DNA of 63,403 nt, the filler included, from Welwitschia mirabilis (Eukaryota): the NCBI GenBank assembly GCA_051453625.1. It is 8 parts of one record of this genome, joined end to end, with 100 filler letters (N's around TTAATTAATTAA, not from the genome) between each part and the next. Parts side by side here need not be neighbours in the genome. Positions count along the whole stretch, not along the records: positions 8,779 to 16,520 come from JBOZIK010000001.1; positions 16,621 to 29,524 come from JBOZIK010000001.1; 6 more parts are not named here. One strand, 5' to 3'. Of this stretch, positions 14,001 through 27,050 are shown piece after piece. Position 1 is the first letter of the stretch; the number at the start of each line of letters is the position of its first letter. Below the pieces are notes generated by a model that saw nothing but the letters and a program-made list of their open reading frames with translations, ran no database searches and had not been told where the DNA came from. Both the position numbers and the translations under genes were made by a program.

Positions 14001-15257
14001 NNNNNNNNNNNNNNNNNNNNNNNNNNNNNNNNNNNNNNNNNNNNNNNNNNNNNNNNNNNNNNNNNNNNNNNNNNNNNNNNNNNNNNNNNNNNNNNNNNNN
14101 NNNNNNNNNNNNNNNNNNNNNNNNNNNNNNNNNNNNNNNNNNNNNNNNNNNNNNNNNNNNNNNNNNNNNNNNNNNNNNNNNNNNNNNNNNNNNNNNNNNN
14201 NNNNNNNNNNNNNNNNNNNNNNNNNNNNNNNNNNNNNNNNNNNNNNNNNNNNNNNNNNNNNNNNNNNNNNNNNNNNNNNNNNNNNNNNNNNNNNNNNNNN
14301 NNNNNNNNNNNNNNNNNNNNNNNNNNNNNNNNNNNNNNNNNNNNNNNNNNNNNNNNNNNNNNNNNNNNNNNNNNNNNNNNNNNNNNNNNNNNNNNNNNNN
14401 NNNNNNNNNNNNNNNNNNNNNNNNNNNNNNNNNNNNNNNNNNNNNNNNNNNNNNNNNNNNNNNNNNNNNNNNNNNNNNNNNNNNNNNNNNNNNNNNNNNN
14501 NNNNNNNNNNNNNNNNNNNNNNNNNNNNNNNNNNNNNNNNNNNNNNNNNNNNNNNNNNNNNNNNNNNNNNNNNNNNNNNNNNNNNNNNNNNNNNNNNNNN
14601 NNNNNNNNNNNNNNNNNNNNNNNNNNNNNNNNNNNNNNNNNNNNNNNNNNNNNNNNNNNNNNNNNNNNNNNNNNNNNNNNNNNNNNNNNNNNNNNNNNNN
14701 NNNTGTCAAGTGCTTCATCATGTGTTGCTCCTTTGTTTTAAATGATGAAGCAACCATCTGTCCCTTTTCTTGCATCATTGTTTAAACTGCTCCTTTGTTT
14801 TTGACAAAACAATCCAAGCAACGTTGCAGCTGTAGAAACCCTCGGAACACCATTTACAAGAAATGTAAGAATAAAAGAAAACAAACATTTAAAAAAAAAA
14901 TCAAAAAATAGTAAAGGATAAACCTGATCCTATGCGATTATAGAAGCAACACTTTTTGTGAGCCATGGGTCTTGAGAAAGGAGCCTTGGCATGATGACAA
15001 TAATCAACGGCATCAAAACGAGGACCCATTGTACACATGAAGCACATGCTCGACTCTGCTAAAGCCAAGTAAAAGCTTCAGACATGAAACAGCTATTAAA
15101 GAAGAATACCGTGGATATGAAGAATGGATGCCCTCATGGAAAGAATGGATGCCTTTGTTTGGCAACATGCAGTACGACATTTTTTTGTTTAAGCGCCTTA
15201 AAAGATCATAGGTGTTTATTTAAATAAACGCCTTAAAAGGCTCCAATTCCTATACTC
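11090..15257. mobile_element. Non-autonomous CACTA (En/Spm) DNA transposon carrying gene fragments
   Basis: Left end CACTACAAGAAA, degenerate right end ttcctatactc, 3-bp TSD atc/att. Subterminal aaacgccttaaaag-like repeats at both ends. It interrupts the copia INT-RT linker (KKDYPLG | FIEEVNLKIKTRSTMKNLC). Confidence 0.75.
11821..12220 (-). pseudogene. ADK: Adenosine kinase C-terminal fragment, intronless and decayed
   Basis: Translation YMNYL..KAFAQVQGWNTD..EIVL*MVEL..HKRIAIITQCADPIIVAQKGKV...VPKENFINTNGASDEFICGFLSQLVVEKPIKEYV*ARSYAANIIIQCSSYSFPKNSSF* matches the plant ADK C-terminus (PfkB motif DTNGAGDAF decayed) through to the native stop. Confidence 0.9.
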
Positions 15258-15260
15258 ATT

Positions 15261-16520
15261 TTTTATTGAAGAAGTTAATTTAAAAATAAAGACAAGAAGT
15301 ACTATGAAGAATTTGTGTGCCCACACTTATTATGTTTCAAAAATAGAGTCCAAGAAATTTGAAGAAGCTGAAAATCATGANNNNNNNNNNNNNNNNNNNN
15401 NNNNNNNNNNNNNNNNNNNNNNNNNNNNNNNNNNNNNNNNNNNNNNNNNNNNNNNNNNNNNNNNNNNNNNNNNNNNNNNNNNNNNNNNNNNNNNNNNNNN
15501 NNNNNNNNNNNNNNNNNNNNNNNNNNNNNNNNNNNNNNNNNNNNNNNNNNNNNNNNNNNNNNNNNNNNNNNNNNNNNNNNNNNNNNNNNNNNNNNNNNNN
15601 NNNNNNNNNNNNNNNNNNNNNNNNNNNNNNNNNNNNNNNNNNNNNNNNNNNNNNNNNNNNNNNNNNNNNNNNNNNNNNNNNNNNNNNNNNNNNNNNNNNN
15701 NNNNNNNNNNNNNNNNNNNNNNNNNNNNNNNNNNNNNNNNNNNNNNNNNNNNNNNNNNNNNNNNNNNNNNNNNNNNNNNNNNNNNNNNNNNNNNNNNNNN
15801 NNNNNNNNNNNNNNNNNNNNNNNNNNNNNNNNNNNNNNNNNNNNNNNNNNNNNNNNNNNNNNNNNNNNNNNNNNNNNNNNNNNNNNNNNNNNNNNNNNNN
15901 NNNNNNNNNNNNNNNNNNNNNNNNNNNNNNNNNNNNNNNNNNNNNNNNNNNNNNNNNNNNNNNNNNNNNNNNNNNNNNNNNNNNNNNNNNNNNNNNNNNN
16001 NNNNNNNNNNNNNNNNNNNNNNNNNNNNNNNNNNNNNNNNNNNNNNNNNNNNNNNNNNNNNNNNNNNNNNNNNNNNNNNNNNNNNNNNNNNNNNNNNNNN
16101 NNNNNNNNNNNNNNNNNNNNNNNNNNNNNNNNNNNNNNNNNNNNNNNNNNNNNNNNNNNNNNNNNNNNNNNNNNNNNNNNNNNNNNNNNNNNNNNNNNNN
16201 NNNNNNNNNNNNNNNNNNNNNNNNNNNNNNNNNNNNNNNNNNNNNNNNNNNAGTATTAGAATGTTTTTGTCTTTTGCAGCCTTTAAAAATTTCGAAGTGT
16301 ATCAAATAGATGTTAAGAGTACTTTTTCAAATGGTACCTTAAATGAAGAACTTTATGTAGAGCAACCACAAGGTTTTGTTGGTCCTCATAAAACTGATCA
16401 TGTTTATAGGCTTAAGAAAGTCTTGTATGGATTGAAGCAAGCTCCAAGAGCTTCGTATGAGAAGCTAGCCATATTTTTAAATGATAATGGATATATTCGT
16501 GGAACAGTAAACAAAACCTT
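15261..16520 (+). pseudogene. Copia reverse transcriptase region (partly in gap)
   Basis: VSKIESKKFEEA; SIRMFLSFAAFKNFEVYQIDVKSTFSNG; LYGLKQAPRASYEKL. Confidence 0.9.
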
Positions 16521-19500
16521 NNNNNNNNNNNNNNNNNNNNNNNNNNNNNNNNNNNNNNNNNNNNTTAATTAATTAANNNNNNNNNNNNNNNNNNNNNNNN
16601 NNNNNNNNNNNNNNNNNNNNAAACTAATCGTCAAGGGGTCAACTGAACCTATGAGGAGTTGACTGGACCTGAGCACTATGCACTTGATACTTTTGAACCA
16701 ATCGCCAAGGGGTCGATCAAACTTGATAACTGAGCATCAATACTTTACAATTGATTAGCAAGGGGTCGATTAGATTTTTAAGGAGTTGACTAGACCTAAT
16801 GCAGAAAACTTAAGATGGATTTTATCAGGACCAAGTGCGTGACCTGATAGATATGCAGACAATCAGATAAATATGGGGGCAACTGGATAAGCGGTCAACT
16901 GGATCTGAGGGGTCGACCGAACATGGAGCCGAAAGAAATTGAGGTGACCAAAAAGTTCACTCAGACAACACCAGAACAGGTCAACCAGACGTTTGAGGGG
17001 TCAACCACCTGAAATANNNNNNNNNNNNNNNNNNNNNNNNNNNNNNNNNNNNNNNNNNNNNNNNNNNNNNNNNNNNNNNNNNNNNNNNNNNNNNNNNNNN
17101 NNNNNNNNNNNNNNNNNNNNNNNNNNNNNNNNNNNNNNNNNNNNNNNNNNNNNNNNNNNNNNNNNNNNNNNNNNNNNNNNNNNNNNNNNNNNNNNNNNNN
17201 NNNNNNNNNNNNNNNNNNNNNNNNNNNNNNNNNNNNNNNNNNNNNNNNNNNNNNNNNNNNNNNNNNNNNNNNNNNNNNNNNNNNNNNNNNNNNNNNNNNN
17301 NNNNNNTTACTTTCACTGAGACAAAGATCGAGTGATACCTGTGCACTTGGGCATACTACCATCACTTTCAATCTTTTTTGTAAAAGGTTGAAACTGAGCC
17401 TTCAAAAAATGTCCATTTTAAAAAGGTTGAAACTAAGCCTTCAAAAAAAGTCCATTTGTAAAGGTTACAGGTGAACCCGCAATACCTGGAAGAATTTAAT
17501 CAAGATTTGGATCAGGCTTGTGATAAGCTGATCATTGAAAGTGAAGTAGAGGGTTTTCCCAAATCACTATAAAACTTGTGTGCATATGATTGGTATTTCT
17601 GTGTTTTCTANNNNNNNNNNNNNNNNNNNNNNNNNNNNNNNNNNNNNNNNNNNNNNNNNNNNNNNNNNNNNNNNNNNNNNNNNNNNNNNNNNNNNNNNNN
17701 NNNNNNNNNNTGCACTTGGGCATACTACCATCACTTTCAAGATTTTTTGTAAAAGGTTGAAACTGAGCCTTCAAAAAAAGTCCGTTTTAAAAAGGTTGAA
17801 ACTAAGCCTTCAAAAAAAGTCCATTTGTAAAGGTTACAGGTAGACTCGCAATACCTGAAAGAATTTAATCGAGATTTGGATTAGGCTTGGTGATAAGCTG
17901 ATCATCAAAAGTGAAGTAGAGGATTTTCCCAAACCACTATAAAACTTGTGTGCATATGATTGGTATTTCTGTGTTTTCTATTTTTTCTCTTTTTTAAAAT
18001 ATTTTTAGTTCTTATGTACAAAGTTTTTAGTAATTCATTTGAAGCAAGTTTGTATCCGGAATTTATTTGAATATTATTTAGAAACCTATTTACCCCCCTA
18101 AGGTTCTTGATGCTACAAAATAGACTCTGAAACGTTTTACGGTCCAACCAGCATGCCCTAAGGCTTTGTTATTTTTCATAAATTTAATGGCTTGATTTAT
18201 CTTTTCCTTATCTATGGGCTTACGTAATGCCTCATTTTCATCTTTAGTAATCTTATTAGAAATGTGTAAGAAATCAAGGATAATAATCTTCCACTCTCAT
18301 AGTATTCTGAAATGCTAATTCATTTCTAACATGATTTTCTCTTCTTTTTCTAGTAATCTATCTCGCAGTTTGAGCTTTATAATCTTACTATACATCCTAT
18401 GTTGATTTTCCTTATGGAAGAAAAATTTTATGTGATTATTTTTTTCTAGTACCCATTGGATTATAGATCTTTCTTTCTAGTATCATTTCTCATCTGTAGT
18501 GATTTCTTAGAGCTTCTAAAGATAGTCATACTTTCATTGCCTAAGATCATCTTAATCTCCTCCTTGTCTTTGTTCTGTCTAGATCTTTTATAGTTTTTTC
18601 TCAAGCTCTTTGCAAGAACCAAACTTTATTTTATCCCTCTTTTTCTAATTTTTTTATATAATTTTTGAGAATGATCTAAGCTATTTAGAAAAATGTGAGG
18701 GATCTGATCTTATCATAATTTCAGTAGATGCTCTTCATCATATTCCTTATTTATTCTCTACCTATCCAGGAATTTTTTGATTTTGAAGGAGCATTTTGGG
18801 GGTGATTTCATCCCTACTTGAAACTTGATTGGTCCATGATCCAAACACATTCTATTGAGGCCTCCACATCTCTATTAATATTTTGTTTATCATCTTTCTT
18901 GTAGTAAAAATTTTATCAATCTTAAATATGATTAGATTATTATCTTTTCTTCTATATGACTTTATATGTTTGCATCCTAGTGTTGGAATATCTGTTAAGT
19001 TTTCCTTGCCATAAAATCCTTAAGTATCTCTGCTTCTTTGCTATTTCACTTGATTCCACCTAATTTCTCCCATCCATGGATAGATTAATTAAAACCTCCT
19101 ACTACTAGCCATCTATTCTTGTTTGTGATAGTATTGAGTAAGTTCTTGTATTCTTGGTTATCTTTCATGTTACCTTGAGGGTTTTAAGTATTTATAATAA
19201 TCTAATCTTCCTTGTTTAGATAGACCAAAATGTGATGAAGGCTTTTATTTATCGAGTCGGCCTCTTTCTTTGTTAATATTATTAATCCTCCTGATTTCCA
19301 TTACTCTCTTATGATAAAAACATTTTAGTCCTACTAGTATCACCTCCTTTCCTTATCATTACTCATTTTGGTTTCTTGTAGGTAAACTAACATAATGCTA
19401 TTTTTAATAATAATGTTTATTAGGTTTTATTTTTTATAGAAGGGGACTCTAGCCTCCTATAATTCCAATTGAGGCAATCCACCAGTAGGTTTTTACTACT

Positions 19501-22199
19501 TTTTAGGCATCCCCAATCCTTTTTTTAACATTTCCTCTATTGTAGCTTATGGGTTATTTTTTACATTCTCCATGGTTTTCTTGTTCCTTAGGATTCTATT
19601 GATTGACCTCCCTTTAGTATGCTTCTATACATTGCTTGGTTGTGCCTCATTTATTTTCATGTTATCCTCTCTTTGATTAGGTTGCTGCTCTTTATCTTCT
19701 TCTTCCATTATCAAAAATTACAATGGATTAAGATTGGGATTTTCCTTCCCTTTGTATTCTTTTGTAAAAACCACTATGCTTCTTCAAGTCCCTTTCTTTT
19801 TTTTCTTATGCTAACAGGCTTCTATATTATGTATTAATTTTTGATAGAATGTGCATTCATCCTTTTTATCCCCCATGTCTACTAATCATTTTCTAAATTC
19901 TTCCTTAAAATGTCCTTTTTTTCCATAGTAAGATCATGATTTCTCTATCTTTGGATATCTACTCAATGGATGCCCTGACTTCTCATAAGTTTTACAAATA
20001 ATTAATATGTTTTCATATTTTAGTTCTAGGTTACACTCTCACCATTTAGAGTGAAACATAATGGATTGAATCTCCTTTATTTTTTTTAGACTCATTTGGA
20101 TGTGAAATCTAGCTAGTACTAATGCAGTATGCTTTATTATTATTTTATCCAAATTCATGAGATCCTCCAAATTGTGAGGCTATCTTTATGAGAAGATACC
20201 CATTCCAAAATTCTACTAAAAACTGAGAAATCCTTATTCAAATAAATAACCTCTAAAAAATATTTGGATTCAATTATGCCCTTGAGTTTCATTTCTCTAA
20301 GGTAAGCCATCTGACTCTAAAAACCCCATGGGTTCCTTGCTATTACTTCATCTATATTCTTTTCATTATCAAACTAAAATATAACTAGTTCATCCAGTAA
20401 AGTAATAACTTTAATGGCCCCTAGTCATTGAATAACCACCAACCCCTAATCAAGTCTAAGTTAGGCCTTGGGATAAATANNNNNNNNNNNNNNNNNNNNN
20501 NNNNNNNNNNNNNNNNNNNNNNNNNNNNNNNNNNNNNNNNNNNNNNNNNNNNNNNNNNNNNNNNNNNNNNNNNNNNNNNTAAATAAAACACATTTACCTA
20601 TGAGATTGTACTAACACCTTTTTTCAATTTCTGCACAGGCATCATCGTCTATATCTAGGACTAATGTGCTTTCTTTTCTAAAGAACTTGGCTTTCTTCAT
20701 AGCTAAGTAGAATCCTGAGGGAAGAAAACCCTAAAATAATGCATAATAAAAGCTTTAAATTAAATCACCCCATTACTTGAATAAGCTCCTACTAGAACTG
20801 AGACCAAAACCATCCCCTTCCCCTCTGCATCTTGCAGCGCCTCTTCAAGTCATCATTGCCATCCCTTCTTTAGACTGCTCTTGCTTTTTGTGACTTTGCC
20901 TAATGCTCTAGCTTCTTTAAGATTTTGATTTAATGGCCATACATTCCTAAGTTCTATTACTGCAAACAATTCATTTCAATTAATTCCACAAGGAAAATAT
21001 GAACAAGGAATATTTTCTAATAAGGATCCATCAAGTTGGCCCCATGATTAAAGAGTGACTCCATACACTTTGGGAATTCTTTAGAATGACTCCATTAGGA
21101 TTTTGAAATCCTAATTGTAAATCCTAATTATAGCCTATAAATATCCTATCTCTCTTCACTTGAATGAGATCACTTTATATCATATCATTATGAAAGAGAT
21201 TGCAGATTTAGTCATGAGTTATTTCTATGCCTCCCATAGGGAAGCACTAACTATCAAGTTACCATGGTATTTTTTTTGTTTATCATGAGTATATTTTCAG
21301 ATTGTATGCTTTTACATTTCAAGTAATAAAGTGCTCCATGTTCTTAGTGTATTACTTTAGTATCAAGTTGTGATTGTTTCATACTTGTTATGCTTAGGAG
21401 TAGTTGAGGCATGATTTTACTTTAAGATCCATTTAATGATTCTCATTTTTTATTCTAGCTTGCATAACATAAATGTTTATTTAATGGATCTTAGAAGGCC
21501 TTTATCTCTCATGCTTATGTTATTCTTATTGTGAAGACTATATGGCTTAGATATATTACCCTCATGTCTATGATGAATGAGATTATGCTAGTACTTGAGC
21601 TTAGACTACATGAGCACTCATGTTCATGATGGATTATATCATTATGCTTTTCCATGAAGTGTTTATGTTAGTTTGAAGAGTATATCCAATTCCTAGATCT
21701 TTCATATCATTTCACTCTCCATTACTCATTGCTATTGTGTTTTCTTTACTGATAGCTTTTATAATCTATCTTTGTGGAAGAACGACACTATGACTTTTCC
21801 ACAAATGAAAGTCCTAGTATTATTGGTAAAAGTTGGGTTTGGCCATGTAAGATTTATACCCCTAGGCAATCGTGCTATCTATTATACCTTAAGGACAAAC
21901 ATAAGTATAGCTAAATTTCATCATGAATAGCNNNNNNNNNNNNNNNNNNNNNNNNNNNNNNNNNNNNNNNNNNNNNNNNNNNNNNNNNNNNNNNNNNNNN
22001 NNNNNNNNNNNNNNNNNNNNNNNNNNNNNNNNNNNNNNNNNNNNNNNNNNNNNNNNNNNNNNNNNNNNNNNNNNNNNNNNNNNNNNNNNNNNNNNNNNNN
22101 NNNNNNNNNATGTTAATCATGCCTAGCACTTGATTGATGAAGCTTAGTATGATGATTTTTTTCTTTTTCTTTTTCTATTTTTCTTCTCCTTTTCTTTTG

Positions 22200-23640
22200 C
22201 TCTATGGTAGAAGACAAATAAGGATGCCCTCTCTTTCGAACACTTTTTGATCCCTTCATTGATAAGTTATAAGATTAGCTCTATAAAGAATGTAATTACT
22301 ATGTTGTTACGATAGAATCATTAACAATCTAATTACTCCTTTATGCAAATGATGCGGCTTTGATTTCTACCTTGGAAATAAGTATGAAAGACATGATTCA
22401 AAAATTGGAAAATTTTTGTCAATGCTCTAGTTTAATAGTAAATAAAAAAAAGGGTAAAAAACTCAATTAATGATTTGGAGTACTAAGGACACCCAATTTG
22501 ATTTTAAATTCAATGAGAAGAAAATTGAAATAATGGAAGCTTTTTGATACTTGGGTCTTTGTTACTCTAGTAACTATAGATGTGATGAATGCATTAAATA
22601 AAAGATAGCAGATGGAATTAAATATTTCTATACTATAAAAAATAAATGTAGTTCACTAGGGATTTGGACTTGGAAAATTTGCAAACAAGTTTTTTAATTC
22701 ATTGTGCATCCTACTATTTTGTATGAATGCCTAGTTTGGGGGCCAAATATAAGTGAAAGAAATTGAAAATATATTGATATAGTNNNNNNNNNNATCTTTT
22801 TATGCTATAAAAATTAGATGTAGTACACGAGGGATTTGGGATTAGCAAGTTTACAAATGAGTTTTTTTAATTCATTGTGTATTTTTATATGGATGCCCCG
22901 TTTAGGGGGCTAGCTATAAGTGAAATAAATTGAAAAAATATTAAAAAAGTAAAAAAAATATTGTTACTAGATGAACTTAAGGTAAAGATTCAAATAGCAT
23001 ATCCTATGATGCTATTAGAATGTGACCTTTTATCCATTACAGTCAAATTCATGTGCCAATTTTATACTTATGCTTTAAAAATAATGGAAGCAGAGCAATT
23101 GAAATTTTCAAGAGTAGTTCTTAAAGCTCCAAAAGAAAAAGGGTGGCGTTTTCAGAGAATGCAGTGGTTAAAAGATGGGATATTTCTTAGGAGAATGTCC
23201 AAACCAATTCCACTAGGATTCATAGTTTTATTAAGTACCATGTCCTAATAAAATTATAGATAAATGTACAAGGTAAGAGAAAGTTTTATTTTGAGCATAT
23301 TCATCATAATCAATTTGATTTACTAGTTTACTATCTCACAACAAAAATCCTAATGAAGATGTGCAACCTTATTAGCAAAGTTTGATTAAGTTTATATCAT
23401 CTCAGAATCGAAAGTGGGAAATGGAATAGCATGCCCATAGAAGAGTCATCATGCAAATTATGTTATTTAGAAGCCCTTAAAGACGAAGAACATGTTTTAC
23501 TTTTTTGTACTGCTATAAAACCTATAAGAAAAAAATTCAATATCATTGTGATAGATCTCTTTGATTTTTTCACATTGCATCTAATAGTTGTTGGTTGCTT
23601 ATCTTTGTATTCCATAACATGATTATTTCTTCTATCCAAT
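22200..23640 (+). mobile_element. 5'-truncated RTE-X-like LINE copy inside the Athila internal region
   Basis: GCPL near 22222, LLLYANDAALIS, and HLRIESGKW..PIEESSCKLC..LKDEEHVLLFC. Confidence 0.8.
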
Positions 23641-24369
23641 ANNNNNNNNNNNNNNNNNNNNNNNNNNNNNNNNNNNNNNNNNNNNNNNNNNNNNNNNNNN
23701 NNNNNNNNNNNNNNNNNNNNNNNNNNNNNNNNNNNNNNNNNNNNNNNNNNNNNNNNNNNNNNNNNNNNNNNNNNNNNNNNNNNNNNNNNNNNNNNNNNNN
23801 NNNNNNNNNNNNNNNNNNNNNNNNNNNNNNNNNNNNNNNNNNNNNNNNNNNNNNNNNNNNNNNNNNNNNNNNNNNNNNNNNNNNNNNNNNNNNNNNNNNN
23901 NNNNNNNNNNNNNNNNNNNNNNNNNNNNNNNNNNNNNNNNNNNNNNNNNNNAAGGAGATGCTTTACTACTTGCATTATTTACTTCTATAATTTTTATTTC
24001 TTGAATTGTATTCCATTGTATTTCTATTATTGCATTAGCCCTATATAACTTGCATTTAGTCTATTTCTATCAGCAAAACGACTTGACCTATCATTTCAAA
24101 TTATCATTTTTCTTAAGAGCTTTATTGTCATTTTTTTTCTAAAATAAGTTTATGTCATCTCACGAGCGCCACTATCTTTCCTCACTAGTGCCATCGACTT
24201 CTTACATCTGATTGTTTTTATCTTTTTCAAAAATTATGTTTCTAGCATCTTAAACCTTGTCACTTATCATGTGCTTCTAGAAACATAACTTATCTTGACT
24301 ATTTTCTTAAGTTTTATGAATAAGAATGAACTTATCATGGGAGATTACATAGAATTCATCTCAAATTCA

Positions 24370-27050
24370 AGATGAAGAGAAACCCTAGATACCAGTCACA
24401 AGAGAAAAAATGAAATAACTTTAAAAGAAAATTTAATGTAAATCAACCTAGAAGATCTTTGAAATACTATCTTCAATCCCAATTTCTATGTACTTCTTCT
24501 TATATTATTCAACTCTTGAATACTTAGATAATTGACTTTAATCCAGCACTGATTCAACTTCTTTCACATTTTCATGGTTTAGAGTTTCAGGATTGTTACT
24601 TACATATTGAGAAGGTTGAGTTTGTTCTTTCTATAATGCCTCAAAATCCCAATACATCTAGTGCACATAGATTAACCTTATGCACTTTTTATTTCAAAGA
24701 TAATGTAGAATCTTGTCTTTACGCATTAAAATCTATTTTTATTACAACTTGAGCTAAAGTTATTCAAGAAGTCATTAGAAAAAATTTTCCTAGTCACAAA
24801 ACCACTGCCATTAGGAGAGAAATTATGAACTTTGAATAAAAGAATAGTGAAATATTTTCCTACACCTTAGAGAGATTTAAAGATCTACTTCTTAAATGAT
24901 CACAACATGGTTTTAAGAAAGGAAGAGTCATAAGATTTTTTTATGAAGGAATTTTATCCAATCATAGATAACTTGTGAAGAGGACATGTAGAAGATGATT
25001 TTTAGACCTAAAGATTGATGAATCTTTAGATTTCCTTAAGACTATAGCCAAAAGTTCTAAAAATTGGAAGAAACCTAATGAACCAATAAGATCACAATAA
25101 GCTATTAGGTATACTAGTATCTTCAAGATCCCTAATAGCATTGAAGTTAATCAAACGTTTGATGAGATTTCTAGAAGATTAAGACTCTTGATACCAATCC
25201 TAAGCACATAACTTTACTTCTTCATTGCAACATTTATCTTGTAGATACTTATTAAACCTCATATTACCTATTCATTTCCATGTTTTAAGGAGTGAAAGAA
25301 GAACTTAATGTTACAGGATAACAATGGCAAAACTAAAGAAAAACAATTCGTAATCCAACATCTACAATTCTAGATTAATAAACCACCCAAACTTCTCATT
25401 GGAATAAGATAAATCTAATCTAAGCTTTGACTAGTCAACCTAAAAGTTCAAATCCTCCTCCAACTTCCAACTCTTTAGAGGTCACGTCCTTCACACACTT
25501 ATGAAAGCTCAACATCACATTAACACATTATAAGAATAATTTAATCAAAAAACCTCTTTCACATTGTAAAATTTAAAGCAAGACATGCAACAATGAAGTC
25601 AAACCACCATACACANNNNNNNNNNNNNNNNNNNNNNNNNNNNNNNNNNNNNNNNNNNNNNNNNNNNNNNNNNNNNNNNNNNNNNNNNNNNNNNNNNNNN
25701 NNNNNNNNNNNNNNNNNNNNNNNNNNNNNNNNNNNNNNNNNNNNNNNNNNNNNNNNNNNNNNNNNNNNNNNNNNNNNNNNNNNNNNNNNNNNNNNNNNNN
25801 NNNNNNNNNNNNNNNNNNNNNNNNNNNNNNNNNNNNNNNNNNNNNNNNNNNNNNNNNNNNNNNNNNNNNNNNNNNNNNNNNNNNNNNNNNNNNNNNNNNN
25901 NNNNNNNNNNNNNNNNNNNNNNNNNNNNNNNNNNNNNNNNNNNNNNNNNNNNNNNNNNNNNNNNNNNNNNNNNNNNNNNNNNNNNNNNNNNNNNNNNNNN
26001 NNNNNNNNNNNNNNNNNNNNNNNNNNNNNNNNNNNNNNNNNNNNNNNNNNNNNNNNNNNNNNNNNNNNNNNNNNNNNNNNNNNNNNNNNNNNNNNNNNNN
26101 NNNNNNNNNNNNNNNNNNNNNNNNNNNNNNNNNNNNNNNNNNNNNNNNNNNNNNNNNNNNNNNNNNNNNNNNNNNNNNNNNNNNNNNNNNNNNNNNNNNN
26201 NNNNNNNNNNNNNNNNNNNNNNNNNNNNNNNNNNNNNNNNNNNNNNNNNNNNNNNNNNNNNNNNNNNNNNNNNNNNNNNNNNNNNNNNNNNNNNNNNNNN
26301 NNNNNNNNNNNNNNNNNNNNNNNNNNNNNNNNNNNNNNNNNNNNNNNNNNNNNNNNNNNNNNNNNNNNNNNNNNNNNNNNNNNNNNNNNNNNNNNNNNNN
26401 NNNNNNNNNNNNNNNNNNNNNNNNNNNNNNNNNNNNNNNNNNNNNNNNNNNNNNNNNNNNNNNNNNNNNNNNNNNNNNNNNNNNNNNNNNNNNNNNNNNN
26501 NNNNNNNNNNNNNNNNNNNNNNNNNNNNNNNNNNNNNNNNNNNNNNNNNNNNNNNNNNNNNNNNNNNNNNNNNNNNNNNCCAACAAATTAGTATTATCAT
26601 TCAAAATCAAATTTTCCCAAAATACAAAGATCCAGGATGTCATACAATAGCCATTACTATTAGGAACACAAACTTTCAATAAGCCTTATTAGATATTAGA
26701 GCTAAGATCAATCTTTTACCTTGTAGTGTCTATAAGGAGCTTGATCTAAATGATCTTAAAAATACCAAACTTAAATTTCAATTGGCTGGTAGTTCTTTAA
26801 AAGAATCTTTGGACATAGTCGAGTATATGATTATTCAAGTAGAAAATTTCTCCTTTCCTATGGACTTTGTAGTTTTAGAGACAGAAAATAATAGAGGTCA
26901 TACCATTCGTATTATTTTTGGAAGATCCTTTCTTACTACTTCTAATGCTTTTATTAATTGTGAAAATGGTTTTATGAATATTTCTTTTGGAAACATGACT
27001 ACTTAGTTGAATATCTTCATTACCATGAAGCAACCTAATAATTTGAAAGG
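24370..27050 (+). pseudogene. Athila-like gag and aspartic protease relic
   Basis: LIQLLSHFHGL, LERFKDLLLK (retrotransposon gag); KALLDIRAKINLLP and FPMDFVVLE..IIFGRSFLTT (protease). Confidence 0.8.

Larger units (their letters stand above)
7681..18117 (+). mobile_element. SIRE/Maximus-like Ty1/copia LTR retrotransposon, decayed
   Basis: TG at 7681, CA at 18117, TSD AAATA (7676-7680, 18118-18122). 5' LTR ends at 8841, followed by Met PBS tggtatcaaagcc (8844-8856). Protease WYLDSGCSR, integrase ELIHMDL..IDDFSRYTW, RT YQIDVKS..LYGLKQAPRA. Confidence 0.9.
4936..20940 (-). mobile_element. Near full-length, decayed L1-clade LINE (ORF1 with Zn knuckle, endonuclease, RT, probable RNase H) inserted in the Athila 5' LTR
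   Basis: Exact 18-bp TSD acattcctaagttctatt at 4918-4935 and 20941-20958. T-tract (poly-A tail) at 4936. YVDD at ~7047-7058, QRDPLSPYL at ~7150-7180, endonuclease-like GGFN and LDHGPI at ~18820-19100. Confidence 0.85.

Noticed and set aside
14975-14997. Au SINE-like start gaaaggagccttggc
   Set aside because: Similarity does not extend beyond ~15 nt.
17341-17980. Near-identical duplications flanking ~100-N gaps (also 49697/50356, 51255/51376, 55119/55287, 55437/55617, 58202/58377, 62497/62957)
   Set aside because: Each pair straddles a gap, which is typical of unmerged overlaps or haplotypes. Some may be real but cannot be supported without reads.
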